Positions 23,587 through 38,493 of a DNA stretch of 64,000 nucleotides are shown here, piece after piece. This DNA is from Cetorhinus maximus (Eukaryota). The position numbers and the translations under genes were made by a program. Each line of letters opens with the position of its first letter. Position 1 is the stretch's first letter. The notes beneath the pieces were generated by a model, which was not told the origin of the DNA, ran no database searches, and was given only the letters and a program-made list of their open reading frames with translations. Location: NCBI RefSeq assembly GCF_964194155.1, contig NC_135890.1, forward strand, positions 107,136,001 to 107,200,000, in the 5' to 3' direction.

Positions 23587-24054
23587 TTAACCACCTCGTA
23601 GTCGTAGCATGAGGAAGATGGTGCTCTCAGACTGAATATTGTAGTCGGCGAGTGTCAGACCATCCTCCAGCTGTTTCCCCTCGCACACCAGACGCTGCTG
23701 ATTGGCTGGGACACCCTCCTGCCGTTGTACCCATGCTCTAAAATCCCGAACAGACTCAGAGGGAAGAACGTCATATGTAGATGTTTTCCCCTTGTCATTC
23801 TTCAGGAATATCTGCATGCGCTCCTCGTTCTTGACAATCAGCATGACCTCATGACTGGGAGAGACATTGTAGTCAGACAGCCTCCTGCTGTCCTGCAGCT
23901 CTTCAGTGTTTCCATTTTGCACCACCAGGCGCTGTCGGAAATGGGACACCTTGGTTCTTTCATATATCATCTTCTTGAGAGCTGACACTTGGATGGAAGG
24001 GTCGATATCAAGTTCTATAACCTCACCGGTCATAAACTTCACCCGCAGTCTCAT
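23587..24054 (-). CDS. isg15: ISG15-like, type A, copy 2 (R108W relative to copy 1)
   Basis: Intact 155-aa ORF ending LRLRGG. Confidence 0.9.
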   Translation of the reverse strand: MRLRVKFMTGEVIELDIDPSIQVSALKKMIYERTKVSHFRQRLVVQNGNTEELQDSRRLSDYNVSPSHEVMLIVKNEERMQIFLKNDKGKTSTYDVLPSESVRDFRAWVQRQEGVPANQQRLVCEGKQLEDGLTLADYNIQSESTIFLMLRLRGG

Positions 24055-25851
24055 CTTGTCAAATTTCTGTTAAGAAATGAACAAGATATCAGTGACGGAG
24101 ATGCTGTGTATTGTGTATCAGTCACATAATACTATTTTGAACATGCAATACATTGTCCAGACAATCATAGCATCTAGGGAACTAATGCATTGTATAATCT
24201 GCACCTACTGTACTCCCAACTCAGTCAAACTCCTTTAAGTATTTTATTCTCAATCGGAGCAATGCTGCACACAAAGCCATGGACTGCTGCAAATACCGAG
24301 CAGCCAGCATCTATGGACAGATCAGAGTCTTTTGGACTTGAAATATGAACTCTGTTTCTCTCTCCACAGACGCTGCTAGGTCTGTTGAGTTTTACCAGCA
24401 TTTTCTGTTTTAATTCTGATTTTCTTCTGTTTGTACATTGGACTTCAGCATCGCTGCCAAATCTAGCGTTTATTCCCCAAAATTAATTGCCCTTGTGAAG
24501 GTGGTGGTGAGCTGCCTTCTTAAACCGCTGCAGTGTGTATGTGGTATAGGTCCCACAAGATGCCTCACTTGCTTAAATACAACTTTGATGTTCAGGGCAG
24601 TCACTCTCACTTCTAGAATTTATCTGTTTTGTCACCTTTGGTTCAAGTTGTAAAGAGGTGTGGAACTCAGTGGTGGTCCAAGGAGAACCCAAAATGAGAT
24701 GAGTTAACATTTCAGGTGTAAATCCTTTGTGGGAATTGGAAGATATAAAAATGATCCCATTCCTCACATGTTTCGCCGGCTCACCCACGTTCCCATATCA
24801 GCAACATTTCGATGTCATGTCTGTTTTCCAGTTTGAATGAGGCAGAAACTGAGTTAGAAATATTTGTGCAACTTATATTCTGAATTTATGTTGGAGTATT
24901 GAATCTATCCGGCATCTGCTGCGCACACAGTTGCAATACTCGGTTTTGGCCACAAGAGTGACTCAAGTAACGTGAAACATGAGCCGTGAATGAACGGGCT
25001 TCACTTGTGGGGAGCGCTGAACATTTAAACAGCTAACAGCAGAGTTCTCTAAACCAGGAACGATGTAACTGTTCTTCGTTGTGCAGAATTCCATCACAGC
25101 TTCGTTCGTTTTAGACACTGCACTCATGATGAAATTAGATTTGTCAGGCTGCCCAAAACCTACATTTGCCCTGGGAATACAGGAATGATTTATCTCACTC
25201 ACATCTCTCTCACTGTTTAACTTTGGTTATATTCTCTTGCACTGTCGCCACATTGAGAGGATATTATTTTATCTTAAATTGACTGTGAGATTCAATATAA
25301 CCCATTCGAGCTCCCAACATAAATTCAACCTCAGACGTATCTTACTATATTGTTTTAAAAAAGCAATGACCCTTGTAATCTTAGTTAATGAATGTTTAAT
25401 GTATTATTTCGAATACTTGAACACCCCTCGTTAGAATATCTGAGAACGGGTGTCACATAAACATTAGATCTGTGTCTCCAACAGGATTGAGTTTTTCAAT
25501 GATTTTCTTTCCATTCTCACCGGGTTTTAATAATATTAATTTATCAGAAATTGCATCTGAGATTCAGAACAATGCAATTTCCACACCAGAAACAGAATAT
25601 TGAAATTGCCCCGAAAGGCAGAATGAACTCACAGTCCTTGCTGGAAGCACAGGTCCGGGAAAGTTCAGCTGCTGAATATTTTCTGATGCACTTTTTCTGC
25701 GCAGTTGGTCCTTTCTGTTTCCCTTCGCACCGACTCTCAGATCTGGACGGAGTATGTGAATCAAGCTCTTTGCTTCTGCTGCTCTGTATCTTGCTCTGTG
25801 CGTCTCTCCGTTAAACAACTCTGTCTGCGCGCGTCTCCGGCTCCCTCCTCC

Positions 25852-26068
25852 TTTTATTCTCAGACCCGGTTTCCGAACGTCGCAGCCCCGCTGTCCTCTG
25901 ATTGTCGCAAATCCCCTGTTCTGTTATGAAATAAATGTGATCGGAGCTGAAGTTTCGTTTTCCGAAAACTTCCCCCCCCAGTGTCTGACAAATGATCTCT
26001 CAGCCAGCAGCAGAGCATTCTTGCTGATAACAGGTAATGGCCTCTGATCTGTTTCGTTTTCCATTTCC
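25852..26068 (-). promoter_or_regulatory. ISG15-A2 promoter: two ISREs, mutated NF-kB site
   Basis: ISREs at 25951-25963 and 26051-26068. The kB position 25907-25916 reads GGGGATTTGC on the minus strand. Confidence 0.78.
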
Positions 26069-29000
26069 TTCAGTAACACAATGTAGAGCATCTTCAGCCG
26101 AAAGTGAGCCTGGAGGATTCGATGCTCTGTTGCCATCGGCCGTTTGAACAGCTGTTACTCTTAGAAATTTCATCTGGACCCAATGTTTTCTTTGAAAAAC
26201 AATCTTTATTTTTAGGAGTGTGAGGTAATTCTTTTTGGGAGGACTAACACGGCAAAGGAATCCACAATGAATGGTAGGACCTTAGAAAGTACAGAGGATC
26301 AGAGGGACCTTGGTGTACATGTCCATAGATCCCAGAAGGCAGCAGCTCAGTAGATAAGGTGGTTAAGAAGGCATATGGGATGCTTGCCCTTGTTAGCCGA
26401 GGCATGGAACATAAGATTAGGGAGGTTATGTTGGAGTTGTATAAAACGCTAGTTAGACTACAGTTGGAGTAGTGTGTGCAGTTCTGGTCACCACCCATAT
26501 GGGAAGGATGTGATTGCACTGGAGAGGGTGCAGAGGAGATTCACCAGGATGTTGCCTGGGCTGGAGCGTTTCAGCTATGAAGAGAGACTCGATAGGCTAG
26601 GGTTGTTTTCCTTAGAGCAGACAAGACTGAGGGGGGACCTGATAGAGGTATCCAAAATTATGAGGGGCATAGATAGGGTAGATAGGGAGAAACCTTTCCC
26701 CTTAGCAGAGGTATCAATAACCAGGGGGTATAGATTTAAGGTAAGGGGCAGGATGTTTAGAGGGGATCTGAGGGAAACCTTTTTCACCCAGAGGGTGGTT
26801 GGAATCTGGAACACACTGCCTGAGGGGGTGGTAGAGGTGGGAACCCTCAGAACATTTAAAAAGTATTTAGATGGGCACTTGAAATGCCACAGCATACAGG
26901 GCTACAGGCCAAGTGCTGGAAAATGCGATGGGAAAAGTTAGGTGCTTGATGGCCAGAACAGACACGATGGGCTGATGTGCCTGTTTCCGTTCTGTATAAC
27001 TCTATGACTATCAAGCACTCATTCTAACTCAGACCCTATGATGAAAGGCACTTCCTGTGACACGTCAATATAAGGAAACAGGGAAGGGATTACAGTGATA
27101 TGGCTGGTATAGCAGGATGGCATCTCCACATTGGCACCAGTGATGTAAATTATAAAATTCTTGATTTTTTACAGATTGAGGAGTGGGTACAAAAACTGAA
27201 TTTGGCCACACAGTGTCCTGTGTCCCGAGCAGTGATACGTAGATAAGTGCTTGATGGCTGGCACAGACACGATGGGCCGAAGGGCCTGTTTCTGTGCTGT
27301 ATAACCACATGACGCTACGACTCTAAGACGGTACAGTATTTCTTGGGCGGCTGCCTGAGTTGAGTTGGTTTATGTGAGATTTGGGGAGAGTGAGAGAAGG
27401 TGAAGGTGAGGTTGATGAGACCTGATTTGAATGGCAGAGCCAGTTCAAAGGACTAAGCCTCTACTCCTTCTGATGTTCTTGTTTGATTTGACAGTGCAGC
27501 AATATTGTAAAAAGCTTGTCAAATGAAAGATTGCTTCTATTCTGAACTGATAGTGAGGGTGATTGCAGATTGAACTACAGATCTAGAGCCAACCCAAAGG
27601 GGCAGTGGAGTCAGTTCTCCTCTTAAAAATTAAGTTAGACATTTTGGCTGAGATAATCATCTTAGTCTGATGTAGCATGTAACTGAGCTGGAGAGGCTCT
27701 CCATCAAAAGTGTGCCCTCAAAATGGCTGCTGTAATACCATTTCCATGATCTTACTCTGATTTTCTTCCACCTTCTGGAAACAAATTAACTCTTGCAATT
27801 AAATGAAGCAAGGGAGTGGGGTCCCCATATTTCCCTTTCTTTGTGCCAGGTTACCATCCCTGAAAATCAGCACCAGTTTACCAGTGGCAGTTCTTAACCG
27901 ATCAGAGATGGGGAAGGTGAAGAGGAGAAAGGTGCTGGAGGCCAATCAGGATGAAGATGCCCAGAAGTAAGGTGGGTCCAAACACCTCATGAGCATCAAA
28001 CAGGCGCGAGCACTGATCCTTGCAGCACCCGGCTAGTTACATCCTGCCAACCAGAAAATGGCCCGTTTATTGCTACTCTCTGTTTTCTGACCATTAACCG
28101 ATTCTGAGTTCATGTAATATATTAGCCCCAATCCCATGAGCCCCAATCTTTTGAAATAAACTCATTGGCGGTAGCTTATTGAATGCCTTTGGATAATCCA
28201 ATTAAAATAAATCCACTGGTTCCTCCTCATCTACCCTGCAACTCAGAACCTCAACAAACCTCAACAAACTTTAACAAATGTTTAGAACACAGTTTCCCTT
28301 TCATACACCCATGTTGACTTTGACCAATCAAATTATGATTTTATAAGTGCCCTATTATCATGTCCCTAGTAACAAATTGTCGCACATTCCTTTCTGTTGA
28401 TGTCAGGCTAACTGGCCTATACTCCTTCCTGATTCTTTCTCCCTTCGTTTCTTGAATAGTGGGTTTATGTTTGATCCTCCCAATCCATGAGGAGTGTTTG
28501 AGTATCTATTGAATCCTGCAAGACCCAGTGTGCCCACTATCTCTGTAGCCAGATCTTTTACCCCCTATGAAGGTGGCGATGGGCCCAGGGAATCTGTTGC
28601 CTTTTAGTCCCATGAATTTCTCTCGTACTTTTTTCAGGATACAATTAGATTAATCCTGGGGATTTTAATTTTCATAGCGACTGGACGAAATAAATCTGCT
28701 GTAGTAATGTGGGGGATAAGGTTATAGAATGCAGTCAAAAATATTTTCTAGATCAGTGTCAGCAACCAGCCACAAGGAGAGGTCCCTAATTCTGGCAGTA
28801 GATAGGAAACACAATCTTGGGCACTCCTGGGTGTGGCTCCAGAGAACAGTATCCATCCCTCTGATTATACTGTCCTCTGCCATTACCACATTCCTTCCCC
28901 ACAGCTTGCCCTCAACATAAATGGCCTCATGTATCATGGTTCTGTGGTCAGTTTTCTCATCCACCAGATTTTTTTATCATTCAGACAGGCAGCAGGAAGC

Positions 29001-31675
29001 CCATGCCTGTTAGATAAGGACAATGGCTGAGGTCCCCTGCACTGCACGATTGTGCTACGCTGTCTATGTTCCTACTTTCTTATCCGCCTTGTGTCTCCTT
29101 ACTAACCTGACCTGCAGCCACACCCTCCTGTCCTTGACCACTATTTAGACACTATGGGGCACTACGTAACCTAAGGAGTGTGACTGCCTCTTGGATGAAG
29201 TGTCCAGCTAACAGTCTTCTTCCCTAATGCCGCACAATGCCTGCATCTCGGATTGAAGCTCGACAAGTCGGAAGTTGAACTTCCTTGAGGTTCAGACACT
29301 TACTGTGGATGTGGTTGTCAGCAATTGCAATGCTGTCCACAAACTCCCACATGCTGCTGTTGTTGCAAAGCACCTGCAATGCCATCACTATCTAACCCAG
29401 TTTTATTTATTTCATTAATTAACATTTGTGCATTTAAACAACCTAGCTTATTTTGTTAACCTTTACGATATAGCTTTAAGTGAGTGGTATATTGATATTT
29501 ATCTGTAAATTACCCATTTCCTCCCCGTGCTGTGATATCACTTTGTGAATGCAACAAAGCCCTGAGTTTACCAGCACTTCTGACCATTTATGAAGCAGTC
29601 ATTGGCAGCATTCCCAAAAAAAACACAACTGTTTTGATTTGAGAGCCTCTTGTTGAATCCTTTGGCTGCATTGAGTTTCTGGAATGTCTCAGTCACCAGG
29701 GTGTCCCTGACATTATGCCACACCTCCAGCTTTGCATTGCAATGTGGGTGTGGTCTCTCATGATTCAGCTTTAGCACTGCATGAGAAACCACCGTCTCCA
29801 CTAGCTGCACGAGATATATGCTCACGAAACAATGATCTGTTAAAGCCTGTACCCTGATATCTTTATGTTTGGTTCCTTCACCAAGGAAGAGGTTTCTGTC
29901 CCCTCCAGGGAGAGAAAACTGTTTCCCTGTCATTTCCTCCCAGTTCTGTCTGCTCCCTGGTGCACTGTGAACCACCAACTGATAAGCTTCCACCTCAGTA
30001 ATTCCCTTGTCTCAAGTAAGTGCATCGGGACAGGTGTTTGAATAAGCAAGTTGTCTCTTGGAAGTTTCTAGTATTCCAAACTGGAATTAATTAGCATATT
30101 TAGCATATATAGAAAAGTATATTTTCTTAATTATTAAATGTGACCAGTGTGAACTTAATTTTTGTATAAATTGCTGCCTTAGTCTCAGAATCACAAAATC
30201 ACACAGTGCAGAAGAGGCCCTTTGGCCCATTGAGTCTACACCGACATGGGAGAAATCCCCAACCTACCCACCTAATCCCATTTACCATAATTAATACTCT
30301 TAGTTGATCGCTCAGTAAAGAATCAATACAGACATGATTAGCCAATAGTTCTGTGTTGTAAATCTTTATCGTTCTCACAAAAACCTGAGTATTTGATATT
30401 TTTACCCAAAGCTGTGATGCTGTGAGAACCATTGAGATTGTCCAGTCTGAGCATGTGCAGACTGAATGTTTTGGTACAATTTGTTGATCGGCTCGCCGGC
30501 CGCCTCCGTTCCTGATCCCATCAGGGCCTAAAAATCCTGCCCAGATTCTCTAACATATCATGTGAAAGGCCACAGAAGATCAACCGGTACAATATAATTA
30601 ATATAATTAAACAGTGGTAAATATGGGCTGGTGATCTGGGGTGGTGTGATTCTTCAATATTGTCCATAGGTGTCTCATTCATAGCTGATTGTCCCATCAA
30701 CACTTGTTAGGGTAAATGATCATAACCTAGGTTTAAATATGCATCCCGGATGGAATGCAGGGAAAGCCACAGACAATACAGACAGATAGAAACACACATT
30801 CCAATTTTTATTAAAATGGACAACTTTACTTTCAAATCACATTGGGTATTTTGGCAAATACAATGTGCAGGCCTGACATCCTCTGCTCTTACACAACACT
30901 AAGCACCCAGATTAAAGCATTCCAATGTTAAACACATACAATTCTCCAAGAACACATTAAGGTTAAAGCAATTACTTGTAGATGACCTTAAGTCATTTTA
31001 AAATGAAGCTGGAAGACACTCATTGTTGATCCTTTGGAATTTTTGGCATGGCCCCTCCTATTCAGTGAAAGAGCTTTGGAATTGCCACATCAGCTAACTA
31101 ATGGTCTCTGTGAGTGAGAAGGTGGATTCGTACTGAATGAGAGACAAGTTTGGAGCTGTGGATCAGGGACTGGATCATTATTGGCCTAAATCTTCAGTAG
31201 AATTTTGAAGAGTAACAGAACATACTTTTGACCAATGATCGGCCAGGATTGATGTGAATCAAAGTATCACGAGTCAATGATCAGAATGGAACACGTTGCA
31301 TTAGCAGTCCCCCCGAATCCTTCTATATTGTTAATTAAGTTGCTGACCCTTGTAAAAATTGTGTCCAATGTTTTGTACATGCATCTTTCCTCAGGTGAGA
31401 ATGCAGGAAGGTGACCTGCACCCAGGCCTCAGTTGGTATCAGTTCCTAGCCAAACATTATCTGTTGAATAAACTTCCTGTTGTTATGGGAACTGGGGCAG
31501 ACAGGAATAAGATTCAAAAGTATCATGGACAAGTCAGTGACTGTTCAACCTGGGACTCTTACTAACTGCAGCTGAGAAAACAGGAGTATATGAAAAAATT
31601 GATCAATTGAGGCACTATAAATAATTTACTTCTGTAATAGCTAGAGTTCATGGTATAAACCGCTGCAATTGCAGG

Positions 31676-32143
31676 TTAACCACCTCGTAGACGGAGCATG
31701 AGGAAGATGGTGCTCTCAGGCTGAATATTGTAGTCGGCGAGTGTCCGACCATCCTCCAGCTGTTTCCCCTCGCAAACCAGACGCTGCTGACTGGCTGGGA
31801 CACCCTCCTGCCGTTGTACCCGTGCTCTAAAATCCTGAACAGACTCAGAAGGAAGAACGTCATATGTAGATGTTTTCCCCTTGTCATTCTTCAGGAATAT
31901 CTGCATCCGCTCCTCGTTCTTGACAATCAGCATGACAGCATCGCTGGGAGAGACATTGTAGTCACACAGCCTCTTGTTATCCTTCAGCTCCACAGTGCTC
32001 CCATTTTGCACCACCAGGCGCTGTTGGAAATAGGGCACATTGGCTTTTTTGTATATCATCATCTTGAGAGCCGAGATTTGGATGGAAGGGTCAACATCAA
32101 GTTCAATATCTTCACCGGTCAAAAACCTCACCTGGAGCCTCAT
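31676..32143 (-). CDS. isg15: ISG15-like, type B, copy 2
   Basis: Intact ORF. The true start is the ATG at 32143; the track's 158-aa version begins at an upstream TTG. Protein identical to B1. Confidence 0.9.
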   Translation of the reverse strand: MRLQVRFLTGEDIELDVDPSIQISALKMMIYKKANVPYFQQRLVVQNGSTVELKDNKRLCDYNVSPSDAVMLIVKNEERMQIFLKNDKGKTSTYDVLPSESVQDFRARVQRQEGVPASQQRLVCEGKQLEDGRTLADYNIQPESTIFLMLRLRGG

Positions 32144-33520
32144 CTTGTCCAATTGCTGTTAAGAGATGAACAGGATGTCAGTGATGGGGACACTTTATAT
32201 CACGAGTCAATTGCTAAGAATGAATGAGAGAATTTAACACGCAAGACGCATTGTCCCAGGCATTGGCTGCAAGCGCAGAAGCTGAGGGGTAACTGTTGTG
32301 TAAATTTCATCTGCAATAATAGCAACATCTGGCTTCCTACATGATACCTGAATCGCCTAGACACCAATCTTCACCAACTCCTCCCTTCCTGCCAGACAAA
32401 AAGCACCAGATTCACATATCTGTTCCCCTGATTGCATTTGGCTTTGTCTTTGCTGCTCTATGCTGACTTGTTAAAATATTCAGAAACCCCCTGGGATCTG
32501 CGTACTGAGCTGCAATGCTAGCATCTGTCTGAAGTAGCCCTCAGTGAGCTGTGTAATGTGGCACAGTCTGTGTTTGGGTTCATGGGGAGATAAGAACATG
32601 GGCTTGGAAATTCTGTGGGTTTCTCTTGATCTTGCACCATAGCTTCAGCAATTCATCAATGGAGTCTAAGAGAATGGTTGTAAATGAAGGAAAATGACTG
32701 TAAGTTTCACCTTCAAATTAAAGGAACCATTTGTATAACTCTCTAAACCACAAGACAGGGCATCCCCAGTCCAGTAGTGAAAAAAAAGTACCCTATTGTT
32801 GAGTAGAATTTTCTCTTTTGATGCAAATGGTCTATGAATGAAATCTGTACAGTTATGACACACCAAGCAGCAGAGAGTTATTCTGTACAGAAATGCTTCC
32901 TCTCAGATTCAGACTTACATAATGCATTCTATTGAAAAACAAAAACTACTTTGCTGATATTAGATAATGAATGTTTAATACATTAGTTTAAATTTCCATC
33001 TTTATAATAGCAGACAAAGGGGTGGCACATAAACATGTTAAGTTGTTATCGCCTTGTATTGTCTTCAATAACTCACAGGCTATGCTTTTTAAATTAACCT
33101 GACCCAGTTCAGAGAATATTAAGAACTTATTTTAAATGGTGAGTTTCATTCAAAATGACTTATTTTAAAACCCAGAATTAGAATATTGAAATTTCTAAAT
33201 AAAAGACAGGATACCTGACAATCTTTGCCGGAGGCACAAGTCCAAGTGAATCAGAAGAAATTTGAGCTGCAGAATGGGGAGAGATTCACTTCCCTGCACA
33301 GTTTGTTTTCTCTGTGTTTCTCCACACCGGCTCTCCAATCTAGTATAAGGGAATGAAATTCTGTGTGTTTCTTGCTCCGTCTCTTCTGTGTTTCCCACCG
33401 TTAAACAAATGAGTGAGTGTCTGGCTCCCTCCTCAGTCCTTTTATTATTATTGCTGGTTTCTGAACGTCACAGCCTTGTTGCCCTCTAATTGCTTTGAAC
33501 AAACAAGTGAGACCAGAGCT

Positions 33521-33533
33521 GGTTTCATTTCCC
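33521..33533 (-). promoter_or_regulatory. ISRE-like site, ISG15-B2 promoter
   Basis: GGTTTCATTTCCC, same context as 12130. Confidence 0.65.
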
Positions 33534-33809
33534 AAAGCCTCCCCTCAGAGTCTGGGAAATAACCTGACAGGAGCAGAAGGAATGAACCTTGCTACAGGTA
33601 ACAGGTACTGAATTCCGAGTTATCTCAGTTTCAGATTCCTATCTGGTGCCACAGTCATAAACAACAAGAACAGAATCAGCTGAGCGGTGAGTCAGAGGCC
33701 TCACTGCCTGTTTGAAGCTGTGGGCAGGGCTTGAACAATACAATGTATAAAGATACCGTGCATCAGACCAGTCAGTTTAATTATCTAATGAAAAGAAATT
33801 GGCCTCAAA

Positions 33810-36172
33810 TTGCAGGGGTCCTGCTCCACGAGTACAAGTCAAATTTGTGGAATGTCTACGAGATGGCTTTTTGGAGCAGCTTGTGGTGGAGCCCACGAGG
33901 GGACAGGCAATTCTAGATTTAGTGATGTGTAATGAGGCAGATTTGATAAGGGTGCTTAAGGTGAAGGAGCCCTTAGGAGGAAGTGACAATAATATGATAG
34001 AATTTACCCTGCAATTTGAGAGGAAAAAGCTGGAATCAGATGTAACTGTATTACAGTTGAATAAAGGCAACTACAGAGGCATGAGGGAGGAGCTGGCCAG
34101 AATTATCTGGGAGATGAGCCTAGCAGGAATGACAGTGGAACAGCAATGGCAGGAGTTTCTGGGAGACACATCAAAAATTCATCCCTTGGAAGAAGAAGTA
34201 TACTAAAGGGAGCACGAAGCAACCATGGCTGTCAAGGGAAGTCAGGGACAGCATAAAAGCTAAAGAGAAAGCATACAATGCGGCAAAGAGCAGTGGGAAA
34301 CCAGGGGATTGGGAAGCCTACAAAGACCTACAGAGGACAACTAAAAAATAAATGAGGGAGAAGATTAAATATGAGTGTAAACTGGCCAGTAATATAAAAG
34401 AAGATTGCAAGAGTTTTTTTAGATATATAAAGGTTAAGAGAGAGGCAAAAGTGGACATTGGGCCACTGGAAAATGATGCTGGAGAAGTAGTAGTGGGGAA
34501 CAAAGAAATGGCGGAGGAACTGAATAGGTACTTTGCGTCAGTCTTCGCGGTGGAAGACACGAGTAACATCCCAAACGTTCAAGAGGGTCGGGGGACAGAG
34601 GTGAGTATGGTGGCCATTACCAAGGAGAAGGTGCTCGGAAAACTGAAAGGTCTGAAGGTGGATAAATCACCTGGGCCAGATGGATTACACCCCAGAGTTC
34701 TGAAGGAGATAGCTGAAGAGATAGTGGAGGCGTTAGTGGTGATCTTTCAGGAATCACTGGAGTCAGGGAGGGTCCCAGAGGACTGGAAAATCACTAATGT
34801 AACCACCCTGTTTAAGAAGGGAGTGAGGCAAAAGACGGGAAATTACAGGCCGATTAGCCTGACCTCGGTCATTGGTATGATTTTAGAGTCCATTATTAAG
34901 GATGAGATTTCAGAATACTTGGAAGTGCATGGTAAAATAGGGCAAAGTCAGCATGGTTTCATGAAGGGGATGTCATGCCTGACAAATCTGTTCCAGAAGG
35001 CCTTTGACAAGGTGCCGCACAGGAGGCTGCTCAGTAAGATAAGAGGCCATGGTGTTAGAGGCAAGGTACTAGCATGGATAGAAGATTGGCTGTCTAGCAG
35101 GAGGCAGAGAGTGGTGATAAGGGGATTCTTCTCAGGATGGCGGCCGGTGACTAGTGGAGTTCCGCAGGGGTCAGTGTTGGGCCCACAACTTTTCACTTTA
35201 TACTTTAATGATCTTGATGAAGGAACTGAGGGCATCCTGGCTAAGTTTGCAGATGATACAAAGATAGGTGGAGGGACAGGTAGTATTGAGGAGGCGGGGA
35301 GGCTGCAGAAGGATTTGGACAGGTTAGGAGAATGGGCAAAGAAGTGGCAGATGGAATACAACGTGGGCAAGTGTGAGGTCATGCACTTTGGTAGGAAGAA
35401 TAGAAGTATAGACTATTTTCTAATTGGGGAGAGAATTCAGAATTCTGGAGTGCAAAGGGATTTGGGAGTCCTAGTCCAGGATTCTCTTAAGATTAACTTG
35501 CAGGTTGAGTAGGTAGTTAGGAAGGCAAATGCAATGTTGTCATTTATTTCGAGAGGACTAGAATATAAAAGCAGGGATGTGCTGCTGAGGCTTCATAAGG
35601 CTCTGCTCAGACCACATTTCGAATATTGTGAGCAATTTTGGGCCCCGAATCTCAGGAAGGATGTTCTGGCCCTGGAGAGGGTCCAGAGGAAGTTCAGGAG
35701 CACGATCCAAGGAATGAAAGGCTTAACATATGAGGAACGTTTGAGGGCTCGGGGTCTATACTCAATGGAGTTTAGATGGATGAGGGGGGATCTGATTGAA
35801 ACTTACAAAATACCCGAAGGCCTGGATACAGTGGACATGGGGAAGATGTTTCCATTAGTCGGAGAGACTAGGACCCGAGGGCACAGCCTCAGAGTAAAGG
35901 GAGGACCTTTTGGAAGAGAGATGAGGAGAAACTTCTTTAGCCATAGAGTGGTGACTCTATGGAATTCATTGCTACAGAAGGCTGTGGAGGCCAGGTCAGT
36001 GAGTGTACTTAAAACTGAGAGAGATAGGTTCTTGATTGGTAAGGGGATCAAAGGTTATTGATAGTAGGTGGGAGAATGGGGTTGAGAATCTTATCAGCCA
36101 TGATTGAATGGTGCAGCAGACTCGATGGGCCGAATGGTCTAATTTCTGCTCCTATGTCTTATAGTCTCATGG
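33810..36172 (+). mobile_element. CR1 LINE ORF2, unit 2 copy
   Basis: 386-aa RT ORF at 34352-35512 with the same internal deletion. Confidence 0.92.
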
Positions 36173-36850
36173 TCATAGGTAGAGGAAAACCCCTTTCCCT
36201 TTCCAATCACAAGGCCAAGGGGTTAATGTCACTTCGATGTCATGGTGGATGCTCAGAAACTGTAAGAGTGCTTTAGTGGACAGATCCATCCTAATCTTTG
36301 CTATGTTTATAACATCTGAAATCCCTCTGTGACTATTCTCACATGATCCTTTTTGCTGCTACTGTGGACCTGTGCTTCTATGCCTCGTGTGTTCCTTTGC
36401 TGCCCCAGGTAAGAAGTACAAGGTTTGTGACATGTAAACCATCTCCACCAATCAATACATTTTGATTGTCTTTTTCTAAAAGAAAACTTAATACTTTGTC
36501 AAATCCCACATGTGCACACCCCGGTTGAATTACAATTCATCCTCAGACCCTTCCTCTAGCATCGACATGGTGCATCCTGTGTGACTTCAGCCAAGTTGGA
36601 GACAGGCTGTCCAGATCAGTGTTGGAAATTTTTGTCCAGCTTTGCCTTAACACATCCTCCAGCTGAACACCACTCCACTACTCGTGTTTTGATGGAGGTT
36701 CCAACATGTATCTTACCCTCTCCTCCTCCAACAATGGAAACAGCAGCAGAGCCATATCACAGCCGTAATACAGCCATGCCACAGCCATATCACGGCAATA
36801 TCGGAGCCATGTCACAGCCGTACCACTGTCATATCACAGCCATATCACAG

Positions 36851-38493
36851 TGATACCTCCTCCGGATGTTCCCAGCATCACTGATACCAGTCTTCAGCCA
36901 ATTGAATTCACTCCACGTGATATCGAGAAATGGCTGAAGGCACTGGACACTGCAAAGAGTACGGGCTCTGATAATATCCTGACAATAGTAATGAAGACTT
37001 ATGCTCTAGGACTTGCTGTGCCCCTAGCCAAGCTGTTCCAGTGCAGCTACAACAGTGGCATCCATCCGGCAATGTGGAAAATTGCCCAGGTATGTCCTGT
37101 AAACAAAATACAGGTCAAAACCAACTGGGCATATGACCGCCCCATCAGTCTACTCTTGATCATCAGCAAAGTGATGGAATGGGTCATCAACAGTGCTATC
37201 ATGTGGCACTTGATTAGCAATAACCTGCTCACTGACACCCAGTTTGGGTTTGGCCAGAGTCAGTCAGCTCCTGACATCATTACAGCCTTGGGTCAAACGT
37301 GGACAAAAGGATTGAAGAGAAGAGATGAGGTGAGACTCACTGCCCTTGACATCAGGGAAGCATTTGATTGAGTGTGGCATCAAGGACCCTTAGCAAAACT
37401 GGAGTCAATGGGAATCAGGGGGAAAGCCCTCTGTTGGTTAGAATCATACCTAGCACAAAGGAAGATGGTTGTGGTTATTGGAGGTCAATCATCTCAATTC
37501 CAGTACATCACTGCAGGAGTTTCTCAGGGTAGTTCCTAGGCCCAACCATCTTCAGCTGCTTTATCAATGACCTTCCTTCCATCATAAGGTCAGGCGTGGG
37601 GATGTTCGCTGACGATTTCACAATGTTCAACACCACTCGTGATTCCTCAGATACAGAAGCAGTCCATGTCCAAATGCAGCATGACCTGAACTATATTCAG
37701 GGTTGGACTGACAAGTGCAAGTAACATTCACACCACACAAATGCCAGGAAATGACCAACTCTAACAAGAGAAAAAGTAACCATCGCCCCTTGACATTCAA
37801 TGGCATTATCATCGCTGAATCTCCAACTATCAATATCCTGGGGGTTACCATTGACCAGAAACTGAACTGGATTAGTCATATCAATACTGTGGCTATAAGA
37901 GCAGGTCAGGGGCTAGGAGTTTTGTGGAGAGTAACTCGCTTCCTGACTCCGCAAAGCCTGTCCACCATCTACAAGGCACAAACCGGGAGTGTGATGGAAT
38001 GCTAATCACATGTCTGGATGACTGCAGCTCCAACAACACTCAAGAAGCTTTACGCCATCCAGGACAAAGCAGCCAGCTTGATTGGCACCCCATCCACAAA
38101 TATTCACTCCCTCCACCACTGACGCACAGTGGCAGCAGTGTGTACCACATAGAAGATGCACTGCAGGAACTCACCAAGCCTCCTTACACAACACCTTCCA
38201 AACTCACGACCAATACCATCTAGCAGCAGAATCATGGGAACAGCAGCACCTGGATGTTCCGCTCCAAGCCACTCACTATCCAGACTTGGTCATATATCGC
38301 TGTTCCTTCACTATTGGTGGCTCAAAATCCTGGAACTCCTTCCCTAACAGCACTGTGGGTGTAACTACACCACATGGATTTCAGCAGTTCAAGAAGGCAG
38401 CTCACCACCACCTTCTCTAGGACAATTAGGGATGGGCAATAAATGCTGGACTATCCAGCAACACCCATATCCCATAAGTGATAAAAAGAAAAC
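36851..38493 (+). mobile_element. CR1/L2-group LINE, unit 2 copy
   Basis: Direct repeats at 36835-36850 and 38494-38509. Confidence 0.85.

Noticed and set aside
30085-30112. Unit 2-specific insertion ttagcatat x2
   Set aside because: Ordinary small slippage or repair insertion; useful only as a unit marker.
32144-32152. N-terminal MDK extension on B2 (158 aa)
   Set aside because: Artefact of the ORF caller using TTG; this is 5'UTR.
34352-35512. 386-aa reverse transcriptase as an active or domesticated gene
   Set aside because: 5'-truncated CR1 with an internal RT deletion, upstream frameshifts, a premature stop, and a further stop in unit 3.
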